Assembly: GCA_020696345.1 (NCBI GenBank)
Contig: JAEHCK010000003.1
Location: forward strand, 10,270-74,269
DNA: 64,000 nt
Source: Thermoplasmata archaeon
GTDB taxonomy: Archaea; Thermoplasmatota; Penumbrarchaeia; JAEHCK01
Direction: 5' to 3'
Position 1 is the first letter of the stretch. Every line of letters begins with the position of its first letter. The translations under genes were made by a program, and so were the position numbers. Shown one piece after another: positions 9,117-18,835 of this stretch. Below the pieces are notes generated by a model. The model searched no databases. It was not told the origin of the DNA and was given only the letters and a program-made list of their open reading frames with translations.

Positions 9117-12100
9117 TTATTCAATATACCTCAGCGCCTCTGCCGGTGGGATCTTGGAAGCTTTAAGACTGGGATAAAATGTGAATATCAAAGTAGCAAC
9201 ATACGCAATTATACAGATAGCCAGTAAATTCATCCATGGAATGACAAAACTGGCACCAAGCTCCCTGAAACCATCTAAATAAATCGTCCACCCGATACCG
9301 ATACCAAGAAGGATCCCGATAAGTATAGCCAAAATAGTAATGAATGATGTCTCGATGAGAAACGATTTAACGACCATGCTCTTTTTGAAACCGATCGCAC
9401 GCAGCATACCGATCTGCTGGCGGCGTTCGATCACGTTCCTATATGAAATGATGCCTATACCCGCAATCCCCACGAGCAGCCCGATGCCAAGAAACCCCTC
9501 CATCAGGTACATCATGTTATTTGTTAACTTTAGTATAGTATTGATGATACCCTTAATATCAAATGTTTGAACCCCGTGCTCGAGATAGGTTTTTTCGAAT
9601 TCCTTGGAATAGGCATCGGCATCGTCGCTGGACTTGAGTTTAATAACAACCATATTGTCAACGCCGCCATATTCGTTTTTAACCACTTCTTTTTTAACGA
9701 TGATGCCCTGGAAGAAGATCATCTGGTCCATTATTCCAATTACCGTCAGATTTCGTGTTCTTTTCTGGCCCATATAATCTGTGATCATTATATTAGCACC
9801 AACATACACTCCACCTTCCTCGGTGGGTGGCGGACCCATCATCATCATGTTTTCAATTCTTGAACCGTCCACTATACAAAATGAGCTTGAACTGTTTTTA
9901 AGTGCTTTCCAAGCCTCCTGATCTGTTTTGTATTTTTTGTCACGCTCTTTTAATGTGAAACCGTTGTTCTCAAGAAATGAATCGCTCATACCCAGTAAAT
10001 TGTATTGTTCTACATCGGTGAACGTACCTGAAGGTCCATAATCACTGATTTGACCTTTACGACTATCATAGTCGATAATTGTAACAAGAGCCGAAGAGAT
10101 CGTTTCCAGCCGGTCGGTTTTATTCATTAGGTCGGTTGGTAGACTTTCTTTGGTTAAATTCTGAAAAGGTGTTCTGGGATTAGTATAACCCATGACATCG
10201 TAACCACCGCTCTGTTCAATTAGCATGGCATCGCTTTGTGATGCCTGCATTGACGCGATCATAGCGATAACCGTAACTGTAAATATAATGAGTGCGAACA
10301 TACCCAGTGTCATGCCGGTCTTTAACTTGCTGTCCATTGGATATGATATGGCAGTTTTAAGCACAGCCCTTGTTGATTTACCCCTGCCAACCGTGCGTTG
10401 AAGTGCTTTTAATAACAGGTCTGAATTGAACATTACGATAAATATCCCGGCTAGAACGAGGAATATACCACTTAAGATGAACGATTCCGCACCGGAATAA
10501 TCCGCCTCTGACATTATCGGAATTTCAAAAGGTGGGATCATAAAAAATATAATTAAAATGCCTGCAGTGGTGATCGTGGCACGAAAGCTGACCCATTTTG
10601 ACAGAACCACGGCAGAACCAATGAAAAGGAAAGGCAGACCTATCATCCATCCGGCGCCTTCACTTGAGCTAAAACCCCAATAGCTGAAAAGTATACCAAA
10701 TACCACTAAAAGTGCACCAAAAAAGTGTTCACGCCTTTTTGTACCCGAGGTTCTTGGTTCCGGAATACGCCGGATCGCACGGATAATATTCAACTTGGTG
10801 ATCCTCGTACTGATAAAAAATATCGTAGCAAACGTTATGAGCAAACCTGCACAGAATGCAATAAAAACGCTTGTCCATGTAAAGTAAAATGGAATATCGA
10901 AGCCGCCGCCACCATCTTCCACCGCACCAAATATCATCTCAAAAGCTTGGATGATCCCCCAGCCGAAGACCAGGCCTAAAAGTGCGCCAACAATGGCGGC
11001 AACGAATGCATAAAGGCTGCCTTCGAACAAATACATCTGCACCAGATGCTTGCTCTTCATACCAACCGCTCTGGCCATGCCCATTTCACTCTTGCGTTCC
11101 TCGCCCATCATCACAAAGATGTTGATGATCAATACAATTCCGGCAATGATGGAGAACATACCGAAGATCAAGAACAAAGTTCCTATACCTTCACCGGCCT
11201 CACGACCAGCCTTCAACTGGTCGGCCTTGACATTGTGTACCTCGAGATTAAGATCAACAGCTCCGAAATCGTTGTTCATTTGCTCGATCACCGAAGTGCG
11301 TATTTGCTCTGCGGTAGCATTATTCAAACCAGTAACGAAGACAACGGACGTTATTTCATATTCGCCACTATGGAGCATGCTTTGACTTGTGGTGAAATCC
11401 ACATAACCCAATACGTCCATCTCGAACTCCTGTGGGACTGGTCCTTTAAAATCAAATGGTAAAACATAAACCTGGAGGTTTTTAACATTCAGTGTTCCAT
11501 CCATGCGTAAACTTCTTACTGTAACCATGGAATGGTTTGTGATACTCAAATTAGCCGCTACGAATGAGGATATGTAGATCATGTCAGGTTCTATCTCCAT
11601 TGCCCGAAAGGTCTCATCATCGGACTCACCACCCATGATCGCAAAACCATCTGTTGGTTTTTCATTTATAAATAGAGTTATGATAATCAAACCATAAGAT
11701 ATGCTGCCCCCTTTTTCTTTCGCCTTTTCGATCAAAGGTTCGGCATGTTCGAGCGTGAAATAGTTTTGATCTCTGGTAAGTATCAGACTACCGTTTTCAT
11801 TAATGAGCGAAAAACCAAGGTCACCCATACCAACGGCCTTATTCAGCTCGTCTTCGATCGTTTTGTTCACTTTACTTGTATATTTTTCACCCTCCCGATA
11901 ATCACCTTTGTTCGAGATCCAGATATGGTTGATCTCTCCCTCCCGATTGAACAGCTCTTGAAGTGTATCAAGCTCAAAAAATATTGTCTTACCCTGGTTA
12001 TAGTTAGCCTTTCCGTAGAGGTCCTTTTCATTGATGATCTTTACGATCGTGAAATTTCTTTTTGCGAGTTTGGTGCCAAACGGTGTAGACAGATCTTTTA

Positions 12101-12704
12101 CACCATACGCGAGTTGAATGGTATCTCCGAGCGAGGCTTCCAATTCATCCCCCAGCCTGGAGTTGATCGCCACCTCGCCAGCACCCAGTTCATTAGTGTA
12201 GTAGCCATGACCGTCCAGGTCGCCAAACACTGTATTACGCATGATATTCGAGTCAAGACCTAATATGTTCACTGACGGCTCACCCAGTTTGGTATCCAAG
12301 TCAAGAACCGCACCCAAATCGCTAATTAAAGGCACCACGGCTTCTATATCACGTACCGAAGTCAATTCTTTAGAAATAGAATCGTAGATAGATTCATTAT
12401 AATATATAACAGTACCAAACGCGTTCAAACCCCAGATATCCTCGTCAACTTCACCTAACGAATGGTATGTACTAACCTCGAAACCATACGTCATTGTGTC
12501 CTGGACAACAAGCGCACTGGAGATAATAGCGGTCCCGATCATCAATCCGCAAATTACTATCACACTTTGTGCTTTGCGACGTGCGAAGTTGCGGAACGCC
12601 ATTTTGAAAATTATTCTATTCATAACTGCCAGAACCGCAATTATCACAGTTATGATAATAACAAGGATTAATAAAATAAATAAGAAATCATCCATAATGG
12701 TCAC
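9117..12704 (-). CDS. ABC transporter permease, FtsX/MacB-type, oversized (1,195 aa, two FtsX modules, very large extracytoplasmic domains)
   Basis: The ORF track protein has TM clusters around aa 500-760 and 1060-1190, each preceded by a large soluble domain. It has a GTG start at 12704, 1 nt after the stop of the upstream ATPase gene. Confidence 0.85.
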   Translation of the reverse strand: MTIMDDFLFILLILVIIITVIIAVLAVMNRIIFKMAFRNFARRKAQSVIVICGLMIGTAIISSALVVQDTMTYGFEVSTYHSLGEVDEDIWGLNAFGTVIYYNESIYDSISKELTSVRDIEAVVPLISDLGAVLDLDTKLGEPSVNILGLDSNIMRNTVFGDLDGHGYYTNELGAGEVAINSRLGDELEASLGDTIQLAYGVKDLSTPFGTKLAKRNFTIVKIINEKDLYGKANYNQGKTIFFELDTLQELFNREGEINHIWISNKGDYREGEKYTSKVNKTIEDELNKAVGMGDLGFSLINENGSLILTRDQNYFTLEHAEPLIEKAKEKGGSISYGLIIITLFINEKPTDGFAIMGGESDDETFRAMEIEPDMIYISSFVAANLSITNHSMVTVRSLRMDGTLNVKNLQVYVLPFDFKGPVPQEFEMDVLGYVDFTTSQSMLHSGEYEITSVVFVTGLNNATAEQIRTSVIEQMNNDFGAVDLNLEVHNVKADQLKAGREAGEGIGTLFLIFGMFSIIAGIVLIINIFVMMGEERKSEMGMARAVGMKSKHLVQMYLFEGSLYAFVAAIVGALLGLVFGWGIIQAFEMIFGAVEDGGGGFDIPFYFTWTSVFIAFCAGLLITFATIFFISTRITKLNIIRAIRRIPEPRTSGTKRREHFFGALLVVFGILFSYWGFSSSEGAGWMIGLPFLFIGSAVVLSKWVSFRATITTAGILIIFFMIPPFEIPIMSEADYSGAESFILSGIFLVLAGIFIVMFNSDLLLKALQRTVGRGKSTRAVLKTAISYPMDSKLKTGMTLGMFALIIFTVTVIAMIASMQASQSDAMLIEQSGGYDVMGYTNPRTPFQNLTKESLPTDLMNKTDRLETISSALVTIIDYDSRKGQISDYGPSGTFTDVEQYNLLGMSDSFLENNGFTLKERDKKYKTDQEAWKALKNSSSSFCIVDGSRIENMMMMGPPPTEEGGVYVGANIMITDYMGQKRTRNLTVIGIMDQMIFFQGIIVKKEVVKNEYGGVDNMVVIKLKSSDDADAYSKEFEKTYLEHGVQTFDIKGIINTILKLTNNMMYLMEGFLGIGLLVGIAGIGIISYRNVIERRQQIGMLRAIGFKKSMVVKSFLIETSFITILAILIGILLGIGIGWTIYLDGFRELGASFVIPWMNLLAICIIAYVATLIFTFYPSLKASKIPPAEALRYIE

Positions 12705-12707
12705 AGC

Positions 12708-13394
12708 CTATTCGTTAATGTGCTCTTTATGAATAAGACCGCTGCGCATCTCCACCACACGCCCGCACACTTTTCCCACAGAAGGATCATGTGTGACTAT
12801 GACGAATGTCTGGTTATTCTCTTTATTCAATTTCATCAATAGTTTCATGATATCTTGAGAGTTTTTGGTGTCCAAGTTACCTGTGGGCTCATCGGCCCAG
12901 ACTATGATGGGTTGATTTACTAGACTTCTTGCAATGGTCACACGTTGTTGCTCGCCACCACTCAACTCGGCCGGTTTATGGTATTTCCATTCGGTCAGAC
13001 CCACCAGGCTAAGTGTCTTTTCTGCTTTTTCACGCGCTTCCTTGGACCGCATTCCGCTGACCAGCAGGGGAAGCTCAACATTTTCCACGGCGGTTAGTAC
13101 CGGCAATAAGTTAAAGCTCTGGAAGATGAAACCCATTTTCATGGCTCGATACTCGGTTCTCGCATTATCTGACATTGCATGTACATCATTACCTTCAAGC
13201 AGTACTTTTCCTTTGGTCAGGTCATCAAGACCGGACAAACAGTTCAGAAGTGTGGTCTTCCCGCACCCCGATGGACCCATGATCGCAACCATTTCTCCCT
13301 TTTTAACCTCAATATCGATGCCCTTGAGTGCTTTGACCTGGATCTTACCTGTATCGTATGTTTTGTATACATTTTTCGCTTTGATCATGCTCAT
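12708..13394 (-). CDS. ABC transporter ATP-binding protein (MacB/LolD-like)
   Basis: It has Walker [10 protein letters not shown], the signature [15 protein letters not shown], Walker [13 protein letters not shown] and an H-loop VTHD. Confidence 0.95.
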   Translation of the reverse strand: MSMIKAKNVYKTYDTGKIQVKALKGIDIEVKKGEMVAIMGPSGCGKTTLLNCLSGLDDLTKGKVLLEGNDVHAMSDNARTEYRAMKMGFIFQSFNLLPVLTAVENVELPLLVSGMRSKEAREKAEKTLSLVGLTEWKYHKPAELSGGEQQRVTIARSLVNQPIIVWADEPTGNLDTKNSQDIMKLLMKLNKENNQTFVIVTHDPSVGKVCGRVVEMRSGLIHKEHINE

Positions 13395-13515
13395 TGAACC
13401 ACCTGGTTTTTTTTAATTCCCTTTTGAAATAGATTTCTCATTATTAAATTGAACGATAAATATTGAATGAAATTAATGTTCATATATCTATTGAGATAAA
13501 GAATGTACTTATAAG

Positions 13516-13847
13516 TTAGGGATATGAGATGTGTACGCTTGGTGATTATCAACAAATTGTCAACGTCATTCATCACCGGGATTCGGGATTCGCACGCTAC
13601 AACGACTTTTTGATAATAACTGCTTGAGGGATTAGGGTTTTCACAATAATATGACAATCCGCCTCCCGCATTCCACATCTCAAATCCCTGACTCCTTATT
13701 AGGGATGCGAGATATGTACGCTACAAACTAAATACAATGTACATCGCTTGAGGGATGTGAGTCAATTCATTATTAATTTCCACATCCCACAAGTGGTTTA
13801 AATTATTAATGATTTATAACGTCCACATCCCAAATCCCTAATTATTT
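13516..13847. repeat. Patchwork of at least 8 degenerate ~24-nt GGGAT-word units in both orientations, in the divergent promoter region
   Basis: The units include TTAGGGATATGAGATGTGTACGCT (13516-13539), TTAGGGATGCGAGATATGTACGCT (13699-13722), GGGATTCGGGATTCGCACGCTACAAC (13577-13602) and GAGGGATGTGAG (~13751). Inverted copies are CCACATCTCAAATCCCTGA (~13672-13690), CCACATCCC (~13780) and CCACATCCCAAATCCCTAATTA (~13823-13845). Confidence 0.55.
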
Positions 13848-13941
13848 AATAATTAATTCAATTTCCATTACACTAATAATTTGAGAAAAGGCTTATAATT
13901 CAATACAAATGTTTATAACTATATTCGAGTTTTACTTGTTT

Positions 13942-14148
13942 ATGGGACAACAGGATGTATACAATTATCTTAAGGCTCATCCAAGTGATTGGTTCTCATC
14001 AAAAGAGATCAGTAAAGGAATGAACCAGTCGATCGGGTCGGTAACTGTTTGTTTAAAGAAACTAAGAAATAAAAACGAATTAAATTTTAAACCAACCGGA
14101 CTTCGGAAAGGTAAGAGAGCTCAATATTTGTATAAGTTCAAAATCTAA
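13942..14148 (+). CDS. Small winged-helix (wHTH) DNA-binding protein, putative transcription regulator
   Basis: The sequence MGQQDVYNYLKAHPSDWFSSKEISKGMNQSIGSVTVCLKKLRNKNEL has the helix-turn-helix-wing pattern of small archaeal wHTH proteins. The ORF track start at 13909 adds a hydrophobic, unlikely N-terminus. TTTATAAC lies ~25 nt upstream of ATG 13942. Confidence 0.55.
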   Translation: MGQQDVYNYLKAHPSDWFSSKEISKGMNQSIGSVTVCLKKLRNKNELNFKPTGLRKGKRAQYLYKFKI

Positions 14149-14498
14149 TGATATTGATATAATATATCATCGAAAGTGAAACCTGATGTTTTAGTTTTTT
14201 TTTATCAGTGATAACAAAATACTTAACAAACAAAATACCTGCAAATGCATTTTTTATTAATACATTGATAAAACAAGATCCACCAGACCCCTCATACTTT
14301 TAGTGCAAGGTGTTCACAGTAATAAAACTTCAAGTTGGCTTTCAAATACTACACTATTTCAATACATCAACCAATTTAAATATCCGATAATTTAATAAAT
14401 TACAACAACTATGTTGCGAGCCCTTATTCCTAATTGGAATTGCTTTAGATAAATTATTACCGATCACCTCAAAAGCTATTGCAGGGGAGGGTTAGTTC

Positions 14499-15476
14499 AT
14501 GACAGAAGATGAAAAGCAAACATCTGAGAAAAAAGTTGAGGATAAAGATGAATCGAAGGAACGATCTACTGAACAAGAAACAAAAGAAGAGCCAGAAATA
14601 CTTACAAAAGATGATTTAATCAATATCCTCAAGAGCATTCCTGGTGTTGGCCAGGTCATGGCTGAGCATATCTATGATGCTGGATATGACACGCAAGACA
14701 AGTTTAGATCATTAACCATGGACGACTTGAAAAAAGTAAAAGGCATTGGTCAGGCAATGGCGGAAAAAATTGTTGCAGGCATGGAGAATGCCATTAAACA
14801 GAGCAAAGTGGTGACTGAAGAAGAAAAAGAAGGGGCCAAAGGTCCAGGAATCGCCGCTAAAACCATGGGACTCATCACGGAAACGGTTTCTAAGATCAGA
14901 GGTTTTTTCAAGGGTAAATCACCCAACGCAAAGCCTAAAAGTAAGGATAATAGTACTGATGAAACGGGTTCGGTTTCTGTTAAAACAGGTGAACCAGAAG
15001 ATGAAGGTGAAGGCGCCAAGAAAGATGTAGACAATAAAGATACGTATTTTCCTGAGGTTGGTAAAGATACAGAGATCGTTGAAGATCCGCCAAAACATGA
15101 ACCTGTCACGGTTGAGCCGTCAGATACGGAACCTGGATATTCACCATTACATGCTCAGGATCTGCCCGAAGAAACCTCACCCGAGATCATACCAGAGTCT
15201 GAGCCAGAGCCAAAATATGAACAGGAACCAGAACAAAAAGCATCTGCACCAGAACCTGTACTTGAACCGGAAATTAATTTAATAGATCCTTCCGGATTAT
15301 TGAAGTGGTTCGAAATCTCGCAAAATCTAAATTCGCATACTGGCAAATTAATATTCAAGGCGGGATATAACAACCTTGAAGAACTGCAAGAAGCTGTGGT
15401 GGAAGACCTAATTCTTGTACAAGATATTACACGGCAAGAGGCAGAAAAGATCTGTGAAGAACTGAAAAAGTTATAA
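14499..15476 (+). CDS. Helix-hairpin-helix (HhH) repeat protein with K/E-rich N-terminus and an acidic, Pro/Glu-rich linker
   Basis: HhH-like motifs are IPGVGQVMAEHIYDAGY and VKGIGQAMAEKIV, with a third C-terminal one (FKAGYNNLEELQEAVVEDL). A GGGGAGGG Shine-Dalgarno sequence lies upstream of the ATG. Confidence 0.65.
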   Translation: MTEDEKQTSEKKVEDKDESKERSTEQETKEEPEILTKDDLINILKSIPGVGQVMAEHIYDAGYDTQDKFRSLTMDDLKKVKGIGQAMAEKIVAGMENAIKQSKVVTEEEKEGAKGPGIAAKTMGLITETVSKIRGFFKGKSPNAKPKSKDNSTDETGSVSVKTGEPEDEGEGAKKDVDNKDTYFPEVGKDTEIVEDPPKHEPVTVEPSDTEPGYSPLHAQDLPEETSPEIIPESEPEPKYEQEPEQKASAPEPVLEPEINLIDPSGLLKWFEISQNLNSHTGKLIFKAGYNNLEELQEAVVEDLILVQDITRQEAEKICEELKKL

Positions 15477-15941
15477 AAAACTTTTAAGATCTTCCAATTT
15501 TTTTTTGATTTTATCATAATGTGTTCCACGCCAATAATAACGATCACACCCGCTACAGAACCAAAATCGGTCCTGTCTCTCCTGCACACCTTTTGGAACC
15601 TTATCTTCTAGTTCTGATCTATCGATAGTTTCCAATAGGTTATTACATTCTGGGCACCGGGTGAACTCCAGGTTCAATCGGTTGGCCATTAGATCGAATT
15701 CGGCGATCACCTGGCTTAGCTGGTCATCCAACTTTTCGCTTTTTATGTACAATCCGTTGAAATCCTTGAATTTTGTGAGTTCTTTATCGCGAGTTAAAAG
15801 AAGGCGCCCATCAGAATTGGCCAGCTTGAGCAATTCACTATCATTCATGGTCTTTGGATATAGAACATCATACCCCATGAACCGCAACCATTTTACCAGT
15901 TTACCAACCATATTATCTGCAATAAAGCGCACGGGTACCAC
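15471..15941 (-). CDS. Mut7-C (DUF82) PIN-like RNase domain protein with C-terminal zinc ribbon
   Basis: The N-terminus FIADNMVGKLVKWLRFMGYDV and the C-terminal CPECN...FWFCSGCDRYYWRGTHY are typical of the Mut7-C family. Confidence 0.8.
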   Translation of the reverse strand: MVPVRFIADNMVGKLVKWLRFMGYDVLYPKTMNDSELLKLANSDGRLLLTRDKELTKFKDFNGLYIKSEKLDDQLSQVIAEFDLMANRLNLEFTRCPECNNLLETIDRSELEDKVPKGVQERQDRFWFCSGCDRYYWRGTHYDKIKKKLEDLKSFL

Positions 15942-16011
15942 GATTAAAGATTAGAATATTATAATTTTAAACCAGTTTTAATTAATTAATAGTTGAATAA
16001 TTAAGTAAATC

Positions 16012-16701
16012 TCATTTATTTGCCAAATATTTTAGTACCAGTCCATCACCTAATCTTTCATATTCGTATAAAGTTAGTTCCATAACATCATTAATGGTTT
16101 TTGCGCCTTCACCTGACGCTAATGTTGGTGTATTCATGCCACCTACGATCTTATTACTGATATACACAAACAACTCGTCAACCAAATGATCTTTGAGAAA
16201 ATTATAGATGACCGTGCTACCACCTTCTACCAGAAGATTTTCAATACCTTTCTCCTTAAAAATTGTAAGGAGTCCGGAAAGTTCGATATTGCCAGAGGTA
16301 TCGATAGAATGGTGAATTACTTCTACATTCGTAAATTTCGATGTTTGCTCTTTATATCTCTCTCCCATGACAATTATGGTTGGTGCTTTCCCATCCAAGA
16401 CCTGTGCGTACTTGGGTGTGCGGCCGCGAGTATCTAATATTATTCGAATAGGATTGTGTGGCTTGATCACGAACTCGGATTTAACTGTTAATTTTGGGTC
16501 ATCCATTAAAACCGCACCAATACCGACCAGAACGGCGTCGCAGTAGTTTCGAAGTTGATGAACACGTTTGAAATCTTCTAATGAAGATAATTTAATTGGT
16601 TTTTTTGAGGGTAGAGCAATTTTACCGTCAATCGACATGGCACAATTTATTATCACATATGGTCTTGAGCTTTGCTTATGCATTTTTGAACTACGGGTCA
16701 T
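16012..16701 (-). CDS. 2,5-diamino-6-ribosylamino-4(3H)-pyrimidinone 5'-phosphate reductase (RibD C-terminal domain family, riboflavin pathway)
   Basis: The N-terminus RPYVIINCAMSIDGKIA and the C-terminal LLVEGGSTVIYNFL motifs are characteristic of the family. Confidence 0.8.
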   Translation of the reverse strand: MTRSSKMHKQSSRPYVIINCAMSIDGKIALPSKKPIKLSSLEDFKRVHQLRNYCDAVLVGIGAVLMDDPKLTVKSEFVIKPHNPIRIILDTRGRTPKYAQVLDGKAPTIIVMGERYKEQTSKFTNVEVIHHSIDTSGNIELSGLLTIFKEKGIENLLVEGGSTVIYNFLKDHLVDELFVYISNKIVGGMNTPTLASGEGAKTINDVMELTLYEYERLGDGLVLKYLANK

Positions 16702-16835
16702 GCTAGGGAATCGTTATCGTTAATGATAAGATTTAGGGTAAATTCTATTTTTAACAAAAATATTTGGGAATAGACATTGGAGTTAAATACCAAAACAATA
16801 TTAAGGGAAAATTAGGTATTAAAGTTGTGATTTCA

Positions 16836-17627
16836 ATGGAAGAGATCAAGATCTATGAGCTAAAGAGATTAGATTTACGGGATTCGGCGGTGATTGATGG
16901 TTTCCCCAGTGTTGGTCTGGTAAGCACCATTACTGCAAATTACTTGATCGGAATATTACAATTGGAGCAGATCGGAATACTGGATTCGATTCATTTCCCA
17001 ACAGTATCGGTTGTACGTAATTCAGAACCATTGAACCCGGTTCGGATCTACGCAAAACCAAGCGTGAAAAAAAGTGAAAAACAGGTAGTGGTATTTATCT
17101 CGGAATTCCAACCACCACCAAATTTAATTAAATTGATCGCCGGAACCATTCTTGACTGGATGATGGAGCAGGGATGTAGATTATTGATATCGCCTGAAGG
17201 CTTAGTGATCGATCGCGGCGAAACTGAAAAAGAAGATGAACCCGAAGACTCGAAAGAAAATGAAGGGGCGCTGGAGTCATATGGAATAGGTAGTACGGAA
17301 AATGCACGAAAGATCCTAAAAGAATATAAAATTCAACAATTCCAGGAAGGCGTCATTTCCGGTGTGGCCGGCGTGTTATTAAATGAGGGTAAACGCCGTG
17401 AATTCGATGTGATAAGTCTACTGGCGGAAGCGCGACCAAATTACCCGGATGCACGCGCAGCTGCAAAAGTTATTGAAGCTATAGATAAGATCCTGTTACA
17501 TATAGACATCGATGTGAAACCATTATACCAAGAGGCCGAGGGTATCGAGGCACGTATTATGAGTATGCAGCAGAAGGCAAAGACGCCATCAAAAAAGAAA
17601 GCACCAATTCCACAAATGTATGGTTAA
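16836..17627 (+). CDS. PAC2/Pba-type proteasome assembly chaperone family protein
   Basis: The core VIDGFPSVGLVSTITANYLI is PAC2-family-like, and the C-terminus ends M-Y-G, a hydrophobic-Tyr-X (HbYX) tail. The ORF track begins at TTG 16764, but ATG 16836 (MEEIKIYEL) is the more likely start. Confidence 0.7.
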   Translation: MEEIKIYELKRLDLRDSAVIDGFPSVGLVSTITANYLIGILQLEQIGILDSIHFPTVSVVRNSEPLNPVRIYAKPSVKKSEKQVVVFISEFQPPPNLIKLIAGTILDWMMEQGCRLLISPEGLVIDRGETEKEDEPEDSKENEGALESYGIGSTENARKILKEYKIQQFQEGVISGVAGVLLNEGKRREFDVISLLAEARPNYPDARAAAKVIEAIDKILLHIDIDVKPLYQEAEGIEARIMSMQQKAKTPSKKKAPIPQMYG

Positions 17628-17649
17628 GTTCCACTGTTTTTTTTTGTTC

Positions 17650-17990
17650 GGATGTAATTTTGATATTTTTATGATGAGTTGTTGTCTAGATGGATTGATG
17701 CTGAGTTGTAGTCGAGATGAATTCATAATGAATCGCGATCAAGCTGAATTTATGTTGGATCGTAGTCGGGAGGAGTTGATGCTTAATCGTAATCGAGCAG
17801 GGTTGATAATGGGTTGTTGTCAGGCTAAATTTATGCTAAATTGTAATTTTCATCTTTACGATAATCCTACCCGATAACAATCCTACGATAATTCTACCAG
17901 ACTACAGTCAAGCAATAAATAATCACGATTACAGTCCAACAACAATACTACCCGACTACTATTTAGCAATAATTAGGCCTGATTACAATC
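17650..17990. repeat. Head-to-head array of degenerate 27-nt units (8 forward, ~5 inverted) filling the spacer between convergent genes
   Basis: Forward units include AGTTGTTGTCTAGATGGATTGATGCTG, AGTTGTAGTCGAGATGAATTCATAATG, GATCGTAGTCGGGAGGAGTTGATGCTT and GGTTGTTGTCAGGCTAAATTTATGCTA. Inverted units, read on the minus strand, include GATTGTAATCAGGCCTAATTATTGCTA and AATAGTAGTCGGGTAGTATTGTTGTTG. The symmetry centre is near 17850-17860. Confidence 0.7.
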
Positions 17991-17996
17991 GATAAT

Positions 17997-18650
17997 TTAA
18001 TCTTCTTTATATTCAGCAACTTCAATAATGTCATCAAGTCTAATTGCTTCTATTTTGGCAGGTTGAAACTTATTCAAATATTTTGTTAATATCTGGCTTT
18101 GGAATTGTTTTATCATAGGTTGACGGTTAGACCACCTTTGATTTAATTTATTAATTGAGCCTATTGCAGTCATATTAAAATAAGTCTCTAACATATAATT
18201 GAAGAAAACATTTCTGGCCATATTTAGATCGAGCTTATCGAAATCACCATCATTCTCGAGATATTTTTTGCCCAGATGATATGCCATCTCCTCAATATCT
18301 ACTTCATATAAGAAAAAATCTTTCTCGTTTTGTTCCACATCTCCAAATATCTCCCAAAATGGCTTTTTTAGGTTCTTATCCAGCATTAGATTAACGAAAT
18401 CTTCGATTATTGGTAAAGTATTGGCAGATAACGGCCTACTGGTTAGCATCACATCATTCAGCCCTGATATTTTGGAAGAATTTCGCAGGTCGATCTTATA
18501 CAATAGGATCAAACCGAGCCTTTTGAAAATTGCCTCCTGGAGTGGTTTGTAGAACATTTTGGATAATGTATTATTAGTAATATTCGATATATAATCCATT
18601 GCGATCTTTTCATTTTCGGGAATTTTAATAGCAAACAGTTTTGTATCCAT
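17997..18650 (-). CDS. Hypothetical protein (217 aa), no motif recognised
   Basis: This is a clean ORF with no competing frame. It is divergent from the first giant surface-protein gene. Confidence 0.5.
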   Translation of the reverse strand: MDTKLFAIKIPENEKIAMDYISNITNNTLSKMFYKPLQEAIFKRLGLILLYKIDLRNSSKISGLNDVMLTSRPLSANTLPIIEDFVNLMLDKNLKKPFWEIFGDVEQNEKDFFLYEVDIEEMAYHLGKKYLENDGDFDKLDLNMARNVFFNYMLETYFNMTAIGSINKLNQRWSNRQPMIKQFQSQILTKYLNKFQPAKIEAIRLDDIIEVAEYKED

Positions 18651-18835
18651 ATAAGTTTCACCTCGTGTATTTTTACCCAGGCACGCCGGTAAGAGGGATG
18701 TAAAACAATTATCTTACTATTATTTAAATCTTTTTGTACTTTTTGTTAACTACCATTTTATTAACGTTAAACTCCAACTCCATAAACTTAATAAAGAAGT
18801 TCAAACATGAAGAATAAAGACTTGGAGGTTTTTGA

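Noticed and set aside
13391-13678. A 95-aa minus-strand ORF upstream of the ABC ATPase.
   Set aside because: It runs through the GGGAT-word repeat array and the promoter region, has no motif, and overlaps the ATPase start. It is likely spurious.
17667-17710. C/D-box sRNA-like motifs (ATGATGA ... CTGA).
   Set aside because: The boxes are by-products of the 27-nt repeat consensus (…ATGATGA / …GATGCTGA), and the spacing is too short for a C-D'-C'-D arrangement.
17650-17990. A possible CRISPR array, because of the regular ~27-nt periodicity.
   Set aside because: The units are contiguous with no unique spacers between them, they are degenerate rather than near-identical, they switch orientation midway, and no cas genes are nearby.
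17650-17990. A possible replication origin, with ORB-like inverted repeats around an AT-rich centre.
   Set aside because: No orc1/cdc6 or other replication gene is adjacent, and the units do not resemble ORB or mini-ORB consensus sequences I know. This cannot be excluded without marker-frequency or skew analysis.
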